The notes: generated by a model not told the origin, from the sequence alone. A stretch of 64,000 bases of DNA from Alphaproteobacteria bacterium (GCA_965203415.1 CBDBCS010000006.1:994394-1058393); one strand, 5' to 3'. Shown: positions 28,777 to 39,269, counted from the stretch's first letter. Numbers and translations are program-made.

Positions 28777-31700
28777 TTACAGGGGGTCTATGGCGGCACT
28801 CGGCACAGGCATGACGAGCGGGAGCGTCGTCCAAACAAGAGCGAGTTCAACGGGTTTGTCCGGGTAAACTTGGCGCACAAGATAATGATAGAGGCGCAAT
28901 TGGTCGCGCTCCTGAGCGCCGAGTTGCTCGACCCGCTCCGGCGGCCGCTGATAGGTTTTATACTCGACGACCAGAGTCGCCCGAGGTAAAAAAGCCAGAA
29001 AATCTATCCGCGTCGAGACAAATTCTTGGTCCGGTGGCACGAGTCCACTGATGGCCACTTCGCGCCGGCCGTGGGTCGTGTGCAAAAAAGGATAGACCTC
29101 GAAGAGCTTCATAACGTGCCGGAGGAGGTCCTGGATTTGAGCATCCCGGATGTTTTGTGATTTCAACCATTGTTCTGCGCGCGGGAGGCGTTCTGTTTCG
29201 GGGAGCCCCGGCAGTTTCTCCAAGAGCTTATGAATCAAGACGCCTCGAAGCCGCGGGTCTTCGGCTCTGGTGGCAAGAGGCGACCGATAATGGCGTGCTC
29301 GAAGAATCTTGTTTTTATCCGGCACAACGCCTGGTGATTCTCTCTCGGTCGGAGGAAGGGGCGTTTTCAAAAAAGCCAACGAGGCGGGCGCTGTTTCCGT
29401 CGCCGCCGTCTCGGGTACGGGCCCCCCGGTGCTCCCGGTTCTTTCGGCCGCCATCGAGCCCTGCATCCCCCCCTGGCCCGTGTCTGTTTGAAGATACCGC
29501 CGCCCATAGGCGTATACGCCGTGGGCTTCCTCTCGCCCTATTTTTTCCATGGCCTTTTGCGCCGCCCCATACCAGCTCTCGTCGACTTTCTCGTCCGAGA
29601 GATTGACGTTCTGGATGCCCCCCAAATAGAGCCGCTCCGCCGCGCGTGTGAGGGCGACATAAAGCAAACGCGCTTCTTCGCGTTTTCGGTGTTTTTCCTC
29701 TTGTTCGAGAGCGGCCTCTATGTTTTCAGACCGCCACGCTTTAGAGCCCGTCCAGACGGGCACCGTCCAGACGGGCGCCGTCCAGACGGGTGGCTCGTCT
29801 ACGCCTGCTTGGATGAAGCGTTCGCTCCGGGGGTCCTGAGAACAGAGTTCGGGGATGAACACAATGGGAGCCTCCAAGCCTTTGGCGCCGTGAATCGTTA
29901 ATAATCGAATCTCGTCGCGCGGGTTTTCCGGGTCGTTGCGGAGTGGCCGGGCCTCTGCTTCGAGCCAGCTTAAGAAACCTTCCCAATGCGGGGTGTGGTT
30001 TTGCTCGTATGTAAAGGCGAGGTTTCTCAGCTGGTCTAACACGGCGAGCGTTTCAAAACCGGAAGAGGCTCTGAGGGCCGTCAGGCCGACACCACCGGCC
30101 CCACCGGTGCCGTCCTCATTGGCCGGATCATTGGCCGGATCGTTCGCCGGGCAGGGTTTATAAAAGAGCTCCGCCAGGCCGTCCGAGGGCCGCATAGTAT
30201 CGGCGCGCCTTAACCAGTTCTCCAGCCATTGCGCGATGGTCTGCCATCTTCCCCCGTCTGTTCGAGCTCGGGCTCTCAGGCTTCCGAACAGATTTCCGAA
30301 TTTTGTTTCGGAGCGTTCGCGACACAGGCTTGTTAAGTTGGGTTCCTCTGTCGGGTCGTCGCGATCCAATTGTATCAGGTCTGATTTCAAGAGGCTCGCC
30401 AGATTGAGGTCATCCAGCGGTAAAAGGCAAAAACGGAACAGAGCCAAACAGTCCATGACGACCAAATGCTCGAGAATGGACCGGTCGTCCAGCGTACTGA
30501 AAGGCAGGTGATTGGCGTTGAGTTTGCGACACAGAAACCGCATGCAAGGCGAACGTTTGCGAAACAAAATTTTGATATCGCTATAGCGCACTTTGCGATG
30601 CAGCCCGAGCTTGGGGTCGTAAACTGTGTCGTGCGCGGTCAGCTGCTGGATTTTCTCGACGAGCTGCTGGGCCATGGCTTCGGCGGCCTTCGTCGGTCGG
30701 TCCAGAAGCTGTTGAGAGGGGTCCGGAAGCGTGTCCAGAGTCGGCTGGCGGGCGTCTTTGAGAAGCGGCCAGAGCTCTATATAGCCTCCTAATTCTTTGT
30801 GGCGGGCGGCCTCATGCTGGGTGAGCGGCCCGCCGAGACCGTCTCGGAGGCCGGCATCCTCGAAAACCGTATCCACGAATGTGAGGATCTCCTGTCTGGA
30901 GCGGAACGAACGCGTGAGACTTTCTTCCTCCCAGAGACGGCTGGTCTGTGTGACGATTTGCTTTAGATTCTGATGCGCCTTTTGATAGCCTTCGATATCG
31001 GCGCCTTGGAATCCGAAGATCGATTGTTTGGGGTCGCCGACGACGAAAAGCGATTTGGGCCCGGGGGCGGCTCTCTGGAAGAGCTCTGTCATCAGATTTT
31101 CCAGAATGCGCCATTGTTTAGGACTCGTGTCCTGGGCCTCGTCCAGGAGGATGTGGGCGAGTTGCGGTTCCAGACGCTCTAGGATGAACGCCAGATGGTG
31201 GGACTCGGTGCGCTGAAAGAGGTCCAAGACAAAATCAATGAGGTCCTCGTAATTGACTTTGCCGAGCCTCGATTTCTCGTCCGCATAGGTCTCCATCAGA
31301 GGCGGCACAAGCTTCAAAAACGAGGCGCTGATCGAGGCATCGCGCAGGCGCGCTTTTGTCGCGATGAAGGCTTCAGCCTCGTCGCGCAATTCCTCCAGAG
31401 CCGCGGCCAAGTCGGGGTCGGCGCATTGCTGCTGGTCCTCTTTGGTGGCGAGCTTCTTTCGCGGTTTGCCCGCGCCGGTGAAATAAATCTCGGCAAAGAG
31501 ACTCGCGTCGTGGGTCTCCAAAAAAGCCAGAAGCGGGCGGGCGGGTAGTCCCGAAGTCCTTGCTTTTTTTTCTTTTTCCTCCAGATAGGATTTGTGCGTT
31601 TCCAGACTCTGACCCAGGCGCGCCAGCGTGTTGGCGTTTTCTTTTTCAAAAGTTTTTCTCAGAACCTCCTGGTCCGTAATCTCTTCGAGGTCATAAATCG

Positions 31701-32340
31701 CACAGAGCTTATCGTGAAGCTCGTTCTGTTCGTCGGGCGACGCCCATGGTATCCCGAGCATCCCGGGCACGCCGGCCGAGGTCGCCGGGTTCTTGGCGAA
31801 GACAGTTTTTAGCTTTGACATGGCCTCGAGCACCTGGTCGCTGGTCATTTCACGGACGAGAAAAGAAAACGCCTGTTTCTGCTCGGGTCGCGTGAGAAGG
31901 GCTCGCAAGGCCTGTTGGTTCAATTGTTTCGATTCGCTTTCGTCCAAGAGCTCGAGCCGTGTCGGGACGCCTATTTCAAAAGGGAACCGCGCCAGAATCG
32001 TGTGACAAAAGGCGTGGACCGTTTTCACCGGCAGCCCCTGAGGCAATTCCAAAATACGCCCGACGAGGCCTCGGGCCCGCGCCACCGTTTCGGCATCGGG
32101 CTTTTGCTCTGTCCATTTCTCGAGCTCCTTTTTGAGAGCGTCTTCCGGCAAGGTCGCCCATTTGAGAATTTCCTCTGTCAGCCGCGTAGCCATTTCGGTC
32201 GCCGCATTATTGGTATAGGTCAGACAGACCATGGAACGCGGGTGGATGTCTTGAAGCAAAAGCGTTAGAACGCGCCGGACCAATTGATAGGTCTTGCCGC
32301 TGCCGGCCGAGGCCTCAATCCAGATGGAGGAAAGCTTCAT
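28777..32340 (-). CDS. addA: Double-strand break repair helicase AddA (UvrD-like helicase plus PD-(D/E)XK nuclease)
   Basis: Start at ATG 32340 (MKLSSIWIEASAGSGKTYQLV, Walker A), forming an ATGA overlap with the addB stop. Also ILLDEAQDTSPKQW, TIHGAKGLEAP, YVALTRAAERLYL and a C-terminal nuclease region. The 74 extra codons in the ORF track overlap addB and were rejected. Confidence 0.9.
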   Translation of the reverse strand: MKLSSIWIEASAGSGKTYQLVRRVLTLLLQDIHPRSMVCLTYTNNAATEMATRLTEEILKWATLPEDALKKELEKWTEQKPDAETVARARGLVGRILELPQGLPVKTVHAFCHTILARFPFEIGVPTRLELLDESESKQLNQQALRALLTRPEQKQAFSFLVREMTSDQVLEAMSKLKTVFAKNPATSAGVPGMLGIPWASPDEQNELHDKLCAIYDLEEITDQEVLRKTFEKENANTLARLGQSLETHKSYLEEKEKKARTSGLPARPLLAFLETHDASLFAEIYFTGAGKPRKKLATKEDQQQCADPDLAAALEELRDEAEAFIATKARLRDASISASFLKLVPPLMETYADEKSRLGKVNYEDLIDFVLDLFQRTESHHLAFILERLEPQLAHILLDEAQDTSPKQWRILENLMTELFQRAAPGPKSLFVVGDPKQSIFGFQGADIEGYQKAHQNLKQIVTQTSRLWEEESLTRSFRSRQEILTFVDTVFEDAGLRDGLGGPLTQHEAARHKELGGYIELWPLLKDARQPTLDTLPDPSQQLLDRPTKAAEAMAQQLVEKIQQLTAHDTVYDPKLGLHRKVRYSDIKILFRKRSPCMRFLCRKLNANHLPFSTLDDRSILEHLVVMDCLALFRFCLLPLDDLNLASLLKSDLIQLDRDDPTEEPNLTSLCRERSETKFGNLFGSLRARARTDGGRWQTIAQWLENWLRRADTMRPSDGLAELFYKPCPANDPANDPANEDGTGGAGGVGLTALRASSGFETLAVLDQLRNLAFTYEQNHTPHWEGFLSWLEAEARPLRNDPENPRDEIRLLTIHGAKGLEAPIVFIPELCSQDPRSERFIQAGVDEPPVWTAPVWTVPVWTGSKAWRSENIEAALEQEEKHRKREEARLLYVALTRAAERLYLGGIQNVNLSDEKVDESWYGAAQKAMEKIGREEAHGVYAYGRRYLQTDTGQGGMQGSMAAERTGSTGGPVPETAATETAPASLAFLKTPLPPTERESPGVVPDKNKILRARHYRSPLATRAEDPRLRGVLIHKLLEKLPGLPETERLPRAEQWLKSQNIRDAQIQDLLRHVMKLFEVYPFLHTTHGRREVAISGLVPPDQEFVSTRIDFLAFLPRATLVVEYKTYQRPPERVEQLGAQERDQLRLYHYLVRQVYPDKPVELALVWTTLPLVMPVPSAAIDPL

Positions 32341-35327
32341 GAGTCCGGTGCCACCGAAAGTTGCCACCGAGAAAGGTGTAAATAATCGTCGTATTGGGGC
32401 TCTAATTGAGGATAGGGCCTTATAGGATAGGACAGCGTTGCCTCCCTCAAATAGGCTTCTATGTGCCGAAACAGCCCATAAACGGCGCGGCTCTTTTTGT
32501 CCTGGTCCTCGAGGCGCCCATGGTAGGCGGATGTTTCTCGATTCAAGCCAAATTTCCAAAATCCAATTTGGAGCCGACTCGACGCAACGTCCAGCTCTGG
32601 AAAATTGTCTGGCGTCAGCACAAGAGCCTGCACCAAAAGCTGGGGCTTGAAATTCGCGTGAATTTGTTTGGGCGTCGGAATGTATCCGGTCTTAAAATCG
32701 AGGATGTAAATAGTGCCGTCTATTTTCATCACCAGGTCATAGATAGCTGACAGCTCAAAGGTGGTTCGGTCCGTCGTAAAGGTCTGTTGGACTCTTTTTT
32801 CACAGAAAACCGGCACGCCGTAAAAGGGCGTTTTCAAGGCGAGCAGCCAGTCGATAAACTGCTCGCCCGGGTCCCGAAAAGCGGCCTCTAGAATAATTTG
32901 ATCCAGAGGGTCAAGCTTCTCAAGCGTCTGCTGTAAATGTACATGGAAACTGTCTTTCAGAGCCGCCGGATCTTTCGGACTTTTCTGTGTGTCTTGCAAA
33001 AAAGACTCCATGAGCCCGTGGAGCCTCTGTCCTTTTTTGCTGGGACTCAGGGCGTCCATCCGAGGCGGCAGAAGCCGGAGCCCCAAGTGCTCTCTGGCGT
33101 GGAAGCCGTAAGGATTGTGAATCAGGAGCTCTAGGGTTGAGGGCGAAAAAATCTTTTTTCGGAGCGCCAGGGCCGGCGTGGGTCTTGCCAGCCGCCCCGC
33201 GCGGGAGGGGGCGCGCGTTGTCTCTAGGTTTTCGCGCCAGCGGCTTCGCTCTGGGTCCTGCAGATTTTTCCCCGTCTTTTGAGCCAAGAGCTCCATGCGG
33301 AGCCAGAAGGGCGCCGGCAGCGTGGTTTCGCCTCGCTCGCGCAGAGAACGGGTCAAAAATAATTCGGGACTGCAGCCTATCTGGATGAAATCCAGAGCCA
33401 CCAAGCCCATCTTGCGTTCCGGAAAATTCAAACCGGCGGCCTGCCGGATGGAGCCCGATAACAGACGGTCCGCCGCTTGGCGAGGCGGAAAAACGCACGC
33501 AGGGCCATCATTGAGGCCGCCGATAATCGCGCGGTCGAACCGAAGGAGACGCGCCTCCAGCGGCCCCAGAATCTGGATACGCTCAGAAGTCGCACGTTGG
33601 GGATAATAGTGAACCTGCTGTAAGAGAAAAGCTAGAAAAGCCGGAAAGTCCTCGCCACGGGCTCGATAGACGTCGCCCTCTAGGGCGGGGTGGTTTTTGA
33701 CGGCCTCCAATTCGTTCAAGAGGGTGGACAGAAATTGAGACATCTGAACCCCAATGGCCCCATCCCAAAGTGAAAAAACCTGCCCGGCCCCGGGTTCGGT
33801 CCCGGCCTCGGGTTGGGCGAGGAGCTCGGCAAACTCGAGCACCGCGACAAGATTGTCCTCGAGCTTGTCCGTCAGCACGGGTTGGGCGTCACGGAATTCG
33901 CGGAGCTCTGGCGGCCACAAAGCCGCCGCTTTAGAGGGCGGCTCTTTCAAACGCCATTCGCGCTCCAAACGATGGATGCGTTTTTTGAGCTCCCGGGGTT
34001 TTTGTTTGCACCGCACAAAGGCTTGCTTCATGAGCCCCAAAAAAGCACCTATGTTTTCTGGTTGAGCCAGGAACTCGGCGACCAAGATCAGATAGCGTCC
34101 CAGATGGGTCTCCGAGAGGCGCGTGCCCGCCGACACCTCAATCTTCACGCCGAAGCGGCCTAGCAGCGCGACGACGCGCCGGACGAGCTCCGGCGACCCC
34201 GTGATCAGAGCCGCCGTCTTGCCCGGTTGACCCAGAGTCTCGCGCAGAAGCAGCGCAATGCTGGTGGCTTCGGCCTCTTCATCGGGGCAGGCGAGCATGG
34301 TGATGCGCTCGAGTCCCTGCGTCCAGGCGGGATGGTAAGAGGCGGGCGGAAAACTCGGCACCGGGGCCATCGCGTCGCACAGGACGCGGAGCCGGGGACT
34401 CCGGCGCGAGGCCCCCGCCTCAAGACCCGGCTCCAGGCCTGGCGGCCAGAGTTGGACCTGGTCCGGCGAGCAGCCCGCTTTCTTGAGAAAATTCGCAATC
34501 CCGTGATACGCGTGCCGCGGTGTCTTTTGAGCAAAATCCAAATCTAGCTCGGGGTCAAAAGGAGGCAAAAGCACCGCGCCATTCGGTCTCTGGGCGATGG
34601 TTAATAACAGGCGTGCGACGACCGGGTCTGCCCCGCTCGAGCCAATCGCGAGGACGGGGTCCGGTACGGAGCCTTCTTCGGGCTGCTCGGCTAATAAAGT
34701 CTGTTCCCGCTCCAGCTGAGCCGCGATGGCCAGACGCGGTTCGGTCATGCCCAGATACGCTAAGCGTTTAGGCCATGCCTTCTGACAAATATCGAGAAAT
34801 CGCAGGGCAAGTTCCCAATGCACGGCTTGTTGGTGGGGGGTGAAGCTGGCAAAGTCTAGGTCCTGTTTTTCGTCCAGGATGAGTTCGTCTAGGACCTCTG
34901 CGAGGGCCTGAGCCAGGCCTATGGCGTGGAGCAGCGAGGGTTTCTTGCCATCCGGACGGTGAAATTGAGCCAGCGTCGAACACCACGGCGTGAGTTCCAA
35001 CAGCCGCCTAAGCGTGGAAATTGCCGGCAGCTGGTCCAGCTGCGTCGTCGCCCGCGGGTCGGCTTCTAGGGTGGTGTCCTCGGGCGTGCCGAAAAATTTG
35101 AAATGCGGCATTAAGAGCACTTTGTGCGGAGCAAGCAAAACCAGCTCTTCGGACAAGTGCGTGGCCGACCGCCGATTCGGCAAAAAGAGCGTCACATGCG
35201 ACAAGTCTCTTTCGTTGCGCAGATAGGTCCGCAGGCCTCGAGCCACGGTCGTCAGATAAGACGCCGCCGGCGGGAGACAATAAATACGCGCCGAACGCGA
35301 AACAGAGCGCACGGGCGCGGCACTCAA
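32337..35327 (-). CDS. addB: Double-strand break repair protein AddB (alphaproteobacterial type)
   Basis: 996-aa ORF immediately upstream of addA and translationally coupled to it. It has a degenerate helicase-like N-terminus and a C-terminal PD-(D/E)XK-like segment (IDGTIYILDFKTGYIP). The addB-addA pairing is conserved. Confidence 0.88.
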   Translation of the reverse strand: MSAAPVRSVSRSARIYCLPPAASYLTTVARGLRTYLRNERDLSHVTLFLPNRRSATHLSEELVLLAPHKVLLMPHFKFFGTPEDTTLEADPRATTQLDQLPAISTLRRLLELTPWCSTLAQFHRPDGKKPSLLHAIGLAQALAEVLDELILDEKQDLDFASFTPHQQAVHWELALRFLDICQKAWPKRLAYLGMTEPRLAIAAQLEREQTLLAEQPEEGSVPDPVLAIGSSGADPVVARLLLTIAQRPNGAVLLPPFDPELDLDFAQKTPRHAYHGIANFLKKAGCSPDQVQLWPPGLEPGLEAGASRRSPRLRVLCDAMAPVPSFPPASYHPAWTQGLERITMLACPDEEAEATSIALLLRETLGQPGKTAALITGSPELVRRVVALLGRFGVKIEVSAGTRLSETHLGRYLILVAEFLAQPENIGAFLGLMKQAFVRCKQKPRELKKRIHRLEREWRLKEPPSKAAALWPPELREFRDAQPVLTDKLEDNLVAVLEFAELLAQPEAGTEPGAGQVFSLWDGAIGVQMSQFLSTLLNELEAVKNHPALEGDVYRARGEDFPAFLAFLLQQVHYYPQRATSERIQILGPLEARLLRFDRAIIGGLNDGPACVFPPRQAADRLLSGSIRQAAGLNFPERKMGLVALDFIQIGCSPELFLTRSLRERGETTLPAPFWLRMELLAQKTGKNLQDPERSRWRENLETTRAPSRAGRLARPTPALALRKKIFSPSTLELLIHNPYGFHAREHLGLRLLPPRMDALSPSKKGQRLHGLMESFLQDTQKSPKDPAALKDSFHVHLQQTLEKLDPLDQIILEAAFRDPGEQFIDWLLALKTPFYGVPVFCEKRVQQTFTTDRTTFELSAIYDLVMKIDGTIYILDFKTGYIPTPKQIHANFKPQLLVQALVLTPDNFPELDVASSRLQIGFWKFGLNRETSAYHGRLEDQDKKSRAVYGLFRHIEAYLREATLSYPIRPYPQLEPQYDDYLHLSRWQLSVAPDS

Positions 35328-36280
35328 TCCGGAAAAAGCGTCCGGACGCGCCCCGTCTCCAGGCCATTCCAGTTATAGAGCGTCGGTGTCTCGGGGGCGA
35401 CCCATGCCGTGCGTTCGGCTAAAAGGGCGTGTGCGGCATGTTGAGCGGCTCGGTCGCTGCCGTCGCGAGCTTTAAGCGCGATGCTCAATTGCAAATCGGG
35501 AAGAATCAGCAGAAAGACGCCTTCGGCCCCGTTTTTAGCCAGCAAGGGTTTTTGACTCTGTTGCATCAGGTGCGTCGAGGCCGCTTTGCGTCCGCCGACG
35601 AGTTCGGGGTGCTGCGTGACCGCCTCGAAAATGCGTCGGCAGGCCCGCGCTAAAGCCGTGTCACGGGAGCTGCGGACCTCTTGGGAGAACCGGCTCCCCA
35701 AGCGGGCAAGATGATAGAGCGGCATCGGAAAAGCAGGAATAGAACACCCATCCAGACCCTGTTGTGCGTCGTCCAGCTGCAGGTCTCCGAAGGTTTCCAG
35801 CTCTTTTTTGACGGCCTGCTGGAGAGGATGCGTGCCTTCCAAATACGTCGCCATGTCCCATTTCAAACGCAGGCAGCAGGCTAAAAAGCCAATGTGTTTT
35901 CCCGAACAATTATTGTGCAAGACCGAAAGGGGTTGCGCTTCCTTCCAGAGTTGGCGTCTTGTCTCCGAGTCCATCGGCGGATGCAGGCCACAGCGTAGAC
36001 TCTGTTCGGACAAGTCCAGTCTCTGAAGCCAGTTTTTGAGGAGCTGGATATGGCGGGCCTCGCCGTGGTGAGACGCACAGGCCAGAGCCAGCTCTTGGGG
36101 TGTCGCCAGGTCGGGGGCGTGACAGACCAGAGGCAGAGCCTGTATGAGCTTGACGCTGGACCTCGGAAAAAAAACAAAGTCCGGTGCGCCGTAGTGGAAC
36201 AGGATATCGCCATTTTCATGACAGGCTAGGGCACAGACCTCGTGGACTGATTCGACGGTTTGGCCGCGCTCCAGGATCAC
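35324..36280 (-). CDS. Asparaginase II family protein (start uncertain)
   Basis: VESVHEVCALACHENGDILFHYGAPDFVFFPRSSVKLIQALPLV...ALACASHHGEARH...HNNCSGKHIGFLACC match L-asparaginase II (PF06089-type) blocks from memory. The ORF-track start (36505) overlaps pdxH by about 150 nt, so GTG 36280 is proposed, though it has no clear RBS. Confidence 0.72.
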   Translation of the reverse strand: MILERGQTVESVHEVCALACHENGDILFHYGAPDFVFFPRSSVKLIQALPLVCHAPDLATPQELALACASHHGEARHIQLLKNWLQRLDLSEQSLRCGLHPPMDSETRRQLWKEAQPLSVLHNNCSGKHIGFLACCLRLKWDMATYLEGTHPLQQAVKKELETFGDLQLDDAQQGLDGCSIPAFPMPLYHLARLGSRFSQEVRSSRDTALARACRRIFEAVTQHPELVGGRKAASTHLMQQSQKPLLAKNGAEGVFLLILPDLQLSIALKARDGSDRAAQHAAHALLAERTAWVAPETPTLYNWNGLETGRVRTLFPD

Positions 36281-36348
36281 CTGGAGCGGGCGCGTCGTGT
36301 GCGGCCCCTCCAGGCGGCGTCGGTCCTGCGGCGAGTTCTCGGGGCGCG

Positions 36349-36987
36349 TCAAGGATAAAGTCTCACGCGGTGCCACGCCCTCGACGGGGACGATTGGGAA
36401 GCGGCCACGCGAGGGGCGCGTTCGAACACATAGCGGTCGTGCAGACGGTTCTCTTGGTGAAGCCAAAATTCGAACCGGTCTGGTCGGAACTGCCACCCGA
36501 CCCAAGCCGGCGGGCGCGGCACGGGGCCCGCCGGATAGCGGGCTTCGAGGCCCTCGAGACGCGCGAGGAGACTGGCCCGCGAATCCAGCGGCGCCGATTG
36601 GTCCGACGCCAAGGCCCCCAGCTGGCTTCGGCGAGGCCGCGTCGCGAAATAGGCCTCGGCCGCCGCCACGGGCCCCTGAGAGACCGTGCCCTCCAGACGG
36701 ATTTGGCGCCGCAAGCTCTTCCAGTGAAAGAGAAGCGCCGCTTTGGGATGAGCTTGCAGCTCGCGGCCTTTTTGGCTTGTGGCGTGGCTGTAAAAAATAA
36801 AAGCCTCCCCCTCGATGGCCTTCAGGAGAACCATGCGCACCGACGGCTGACCCGCACCATTGACAGTCGCAAGGGCCATGGCGTTCGGGTCTTCAGGCTC
36901 GGACTGAGCCGCGTCCTCCAGCCAGGTTTTGAAGAACGCAAAAGGACAGTCGAGTGGTTCTATCGGTGGTTCTATCGGCATGCACAC
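36349..36987 (-). CDS. pdxH: Pyridoxamine 5'-phosphate oxidase
   Basis: PNAMALATVNGAGQPSVRMVLLK...FIFYSHATSQKGRELQAHPKAALLFHW..LRRQIRLEG...YFATRPRRSQLGA.AS.QS...W.G..FRPDRFEFW......LHDR, canonical PdxH. Confidence 0.93.
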   Translation of the reverse strand: MCMPIEPPIEPLDCPFAFFKTWLEDAAQSEPEDPNAMALATVNGAGQPSVRMVLLKAIEGEAFIFYSHATSQKGRELQAHPKAALLFHWKSLRRQIRLEGTVSQGPVAAAEAYFATRPRRSQLGALASDQSAPLDSRASLLARLEGLEARYPAGPVPRPPAWVGWQFRPDRFEFWLHQENRLHDRYVFERAPRVAASQSSPSRAWHRVRLYP

Positions 36988-37231
36988 ACGACGCGCGCCC
37001 CTTCAAAACGGCGGCCTCTCGGGCGAGAGATGCCCCCCCATGGTTCAACAGGTTCAACATTGTTGAACATGATTCACCAAGAGCATACCATGCGGTCTCG
37101 AGCTGTGTCTAGCTTGTCTCTTTGTCTTGTCTCTTGGTTGCGAGCTTGCGGGAAAAAGTCAAAAAACGGTTCTTTTCTGTTCAAAAGAATGTTACACTGG
37201 CGGCCGGACACCGGACAGGCGGGCCTTTTTT

Positions 37232-38371
37232 GTGCGCGATCCCTATCGGATTTTAGGACTCGATTCGCAGGCCGGCCTGGCGGAGGTCAAGGCCGCCTAT
37301 CGTCGACTCGCCAAGACGTGCCACCCCGACCGCCACTCGACGGCGGAGAGTGCCCGACGCTTCCTCGAAATCAAACAAGCCTATGAGAGACTCGTCGTCG
37401 GCGGGGTGCTGCGGCGGCCTCGGCCTGAGGGCGGGGCGCCGCCGCCCGGAAATGCATCCGGAAATGCATCCCGGCGTGCGTCCGGCAGGTCAGCCGGAGC
37501 GTCCTCTTCTTCGTTTTCCCGGGCAGAGCCGGCTTCGGCGGTGCCGCCCGCCAGGTCCTTGCGGGACGCTTTTGGGGATTTTTTCCAGGATTTATTTTCG
37601 CCCGCGCCTCCGCGCCGGGTCCCGTTCCAGGAGGCGCAACCGTCCGCCCCGCTGAAGCGCCCCGCCAGGGGGGGGGACTCGAGAGGGAACGCCTCTAGAG
37701 GGCGTCGGGAAGTGCGGTGGCTGGTCTCCGTGAGTTTTATGGAGGCCGCCCTAGGCGGCGTCCGGCGCCTTCAGGGGGATGCGCTTTCTTCGTTGGACGT
37801 CCGGATTCCAGCTGGGGCCGTGGATGGCCAGATTCTACGCGTGCCTGTCCAGAAAGGCGCCAAGTCTCTTTCCGACGGCAGCGACATGGTGATCGAGCTC
37901 CACGTCCTAGAGCACGCTTTGTTCCGCCGGCACGGCTGGGATATTTATCTAGAGCTCCCTATTCGAATCGACGAAGCCGTTCTCGGCGGGCAGGTTCTGA
38001 TTCCGACGCTGCGAGGGCAAGTGCGGGTCACAATTCCCGAAGGGAGTAACTCGGGCGACGTTCTGAGACTGAAAGGCCTGGGCATTCAACCCGAGAAGGG
38101 TCTCTCTGAACCTGCCCCGGTTGTTTCTCCGATTGTTTCGAAGAAGCCCTCCCAAGAGGGGGCACGTAACGGCTTCCGCCAGGCAACCAAAGAGAGGCAG
38201 ACCCCGCCGCCGGCCGTGCCAAAGGACGGGCATATGTTTGTTCGGCTCAAGATTGTGGTGCCGGAAACGCCGGATCCGGAACTCGTTGAGTTTCTTCGGG
38301 TGTGGGGGGCGCGGCAACTTTCTTACAATCCCCGTCGATTCAGCAAGCCTCCTGGACGAGGTCAAGCTTGA
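37232..38371 (+). CDS. J-domain co-chaperone with DnaJ C-terminal domains and no zinc finger (CbpA-like)
   Basis: GTG 37232 gives VRDPYRILGLDSQAGLAEVKAAYRRLAKTCHPDR (J domain with HPD). A low-complexity linker follows, then CTD I/II (VSVSFMEAALGG...LRVPVQKG...DIYLELPIRIDEAVLGGQVLIPTLRGQVRVTIPEGSNSGDVLRLKGLG). Confidence 0.8.
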   Translation: MRDPYRILGLDSQAGLAEVKAAYRRLAKTCHPDRHSTAESARRFLEIKQAYERLVVGGVLRRPRPEGGAPPPGNASGNASRRASGRSAGASSSSFSRAEPASAVPPARSLRDAFGDFFQDLFSPAPPRRVPFQEAQPSAPLKRPARGGDSRGNASRGRREVRWLVSVSFMEAALGGVRRLQGDALSSLDVRIPAGAVDGQILRVPVQKGAKSLSDGSDMVIELHVLEHALFRRHGWDIYLELPIRIDEAVLGGQVLIPTLRGQVRVTIPEGSNSGDVLRLKGLGIQPEKGLSEPAPVVSPIVSKKPSQEGARNGFRQATKERQTPPPAVPKDGHMFVRLKIVVPETPDPELVEFLRVWGARQLSYNPRRFSKPPGRGQA

Positions 38372-38428
38372 ATTGCGTCCCGTTTTGTCTTATTCTGCCC
38401 CGCGTCTGGTCCAGTCTGGCTGATCCGG

Positions 38429-38503
38429 GCGGGCGTAGCTCAGTGGTAGAGCACAACCTTGCCAAGGTTGGGGTCGTGAGTTCAAATCTCATCGCCCGCT
38501 CCA
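38429..38503 (+). tRNA. tRNA-Gly (anticodon GCC)
   Basis: GCGGGCGTAGCTCAGTGGTAGAGCACAACCTTGCCAAGGTTGGGGTCGTGAGTTCAAATCTCATCGCCCGCTCCA. It has a 7-bp acceptor stem (GCGGGCG/CGCCCGC), D loop AGCTCAGTGGTAGAGC, anticodon stem CAACC/GGTTG with loop TTGCCAA, T arm GTGAGTTCAAATCTCAT and an encoded CCA. Confidence 0.95.
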
Positions 38504-38674
38504 GGAACGGCGGGTCCGGCACGAAGAAAGCGGCACTTTTCCCGAGAGAAGGGGGCGACGACGGTGTTCCCTCGCGTCGGGGTCTGGCGGGTGTGGGCGA
38601 CCCCAGGTGCGCCCCCGGGAGGGCCCAATGGATGAGACCGTCTCGGAAGCCTGCCTCGAAACCGACCTAACGAC

Positions 38675-39253
38675 CTAAAGAGCTTCGACGGCCCGCACCT
38701 CGCGCACATCGGGCAGATAGTGCTTGAGCAGGTTTTCTATGCCCATTTTCAGCGTTGCTGTCGAGCTGGGGCATCCCGCGCATGCGCCGCGCATCGTCAG
38801 ATAGACGACGCCCTCTTGGAAGGCGTGGAAAACGATATCGCCTCCGTCCTGGGCGACGAAGGGGCGGACGCGTTCGTCCAGGAGTACTTGAATCTGGCGT
38901 ACGGTTTCCTGGTCTTCCTCCCGGACGGGCGGCCTGGCGTCGTCGGCTGAAACGGGCGCCGCATTCTCGGCTAGAATGGGCCGATGGGTGACCAGGTGCT
39001 CCATCAGACAGCCCAGGAGAGCCGGTTTAAGAAGATACCATTCGACGTCCTTTTGTTTGCTAACGGCGACGAATTCTCTTCCGATCATGACGGACAGGAC
39101 GCCGTCGACCTCGAACAGAGCGGCGGCCAGAGGCGCGCGTATCCGGGCTTCTTCGGCGGTTTGGCAATCCACGGCCTCGCCTTCGACCAGGACGCGTCCT
39201 GGCAAAAATTTGAGCGTATCGGGGTTTGGCGTTTCTTCGGTTTGAATAAACAT
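38675..39253 (-). CDS. NifU-like Fe-S cluster scaffold/carrier protein (Nfu_N plus NifU C-terminal domain)
   Basis: ATG 39253: MFIQTEETPNPDTLKFLPGRVL (Nfu N-terminal domain). The C-terminus has VRPFVAQDGGDIVFHAFQEGVVYLTMRGACAGCPSSTATLKMGIENLL (CxxC motif). Confidence 0.88.
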   Translation of the reverse strand: MFIQTEETPNPDTLKFLPGRVLVEGEAVDCQTAEEARIRAPLAAALFEVDGVLSVMIGREFVAVSKQKDVEWYLLKPALLGCLMEHLVTHRPILAENAAPVSADDARPPVREEDQETVRQIQVLLDERVRPFVAQDGGDIVFHAFQEGVVYLTMRGACAGCPSSTATLKMGIENLLKHYLPDVREVRAVEAL

Positions 39254-39269
39254 GAGGGCGTCCAGACTA

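Noticed and set aside
32341-32559. 74-codon N-terminal extension of addA overlapping the end of addB
   Set aside because: The extension precedes the Walker A motif with non-conserved sequence. ATG 32340 forms an ATGA stop-start overlap with addB, which is the typical coupled arrangement.
36281-36505. Longer start for the asparaginase-II family ORF, overlapping pdxH by about 150 nt
   Set aside because: The extension is Arg/Pro-rich, lies opposite no conserved domain and overlaps a well-supported gene. An internal GTG is proposed instead, but the true start remains uncertain.
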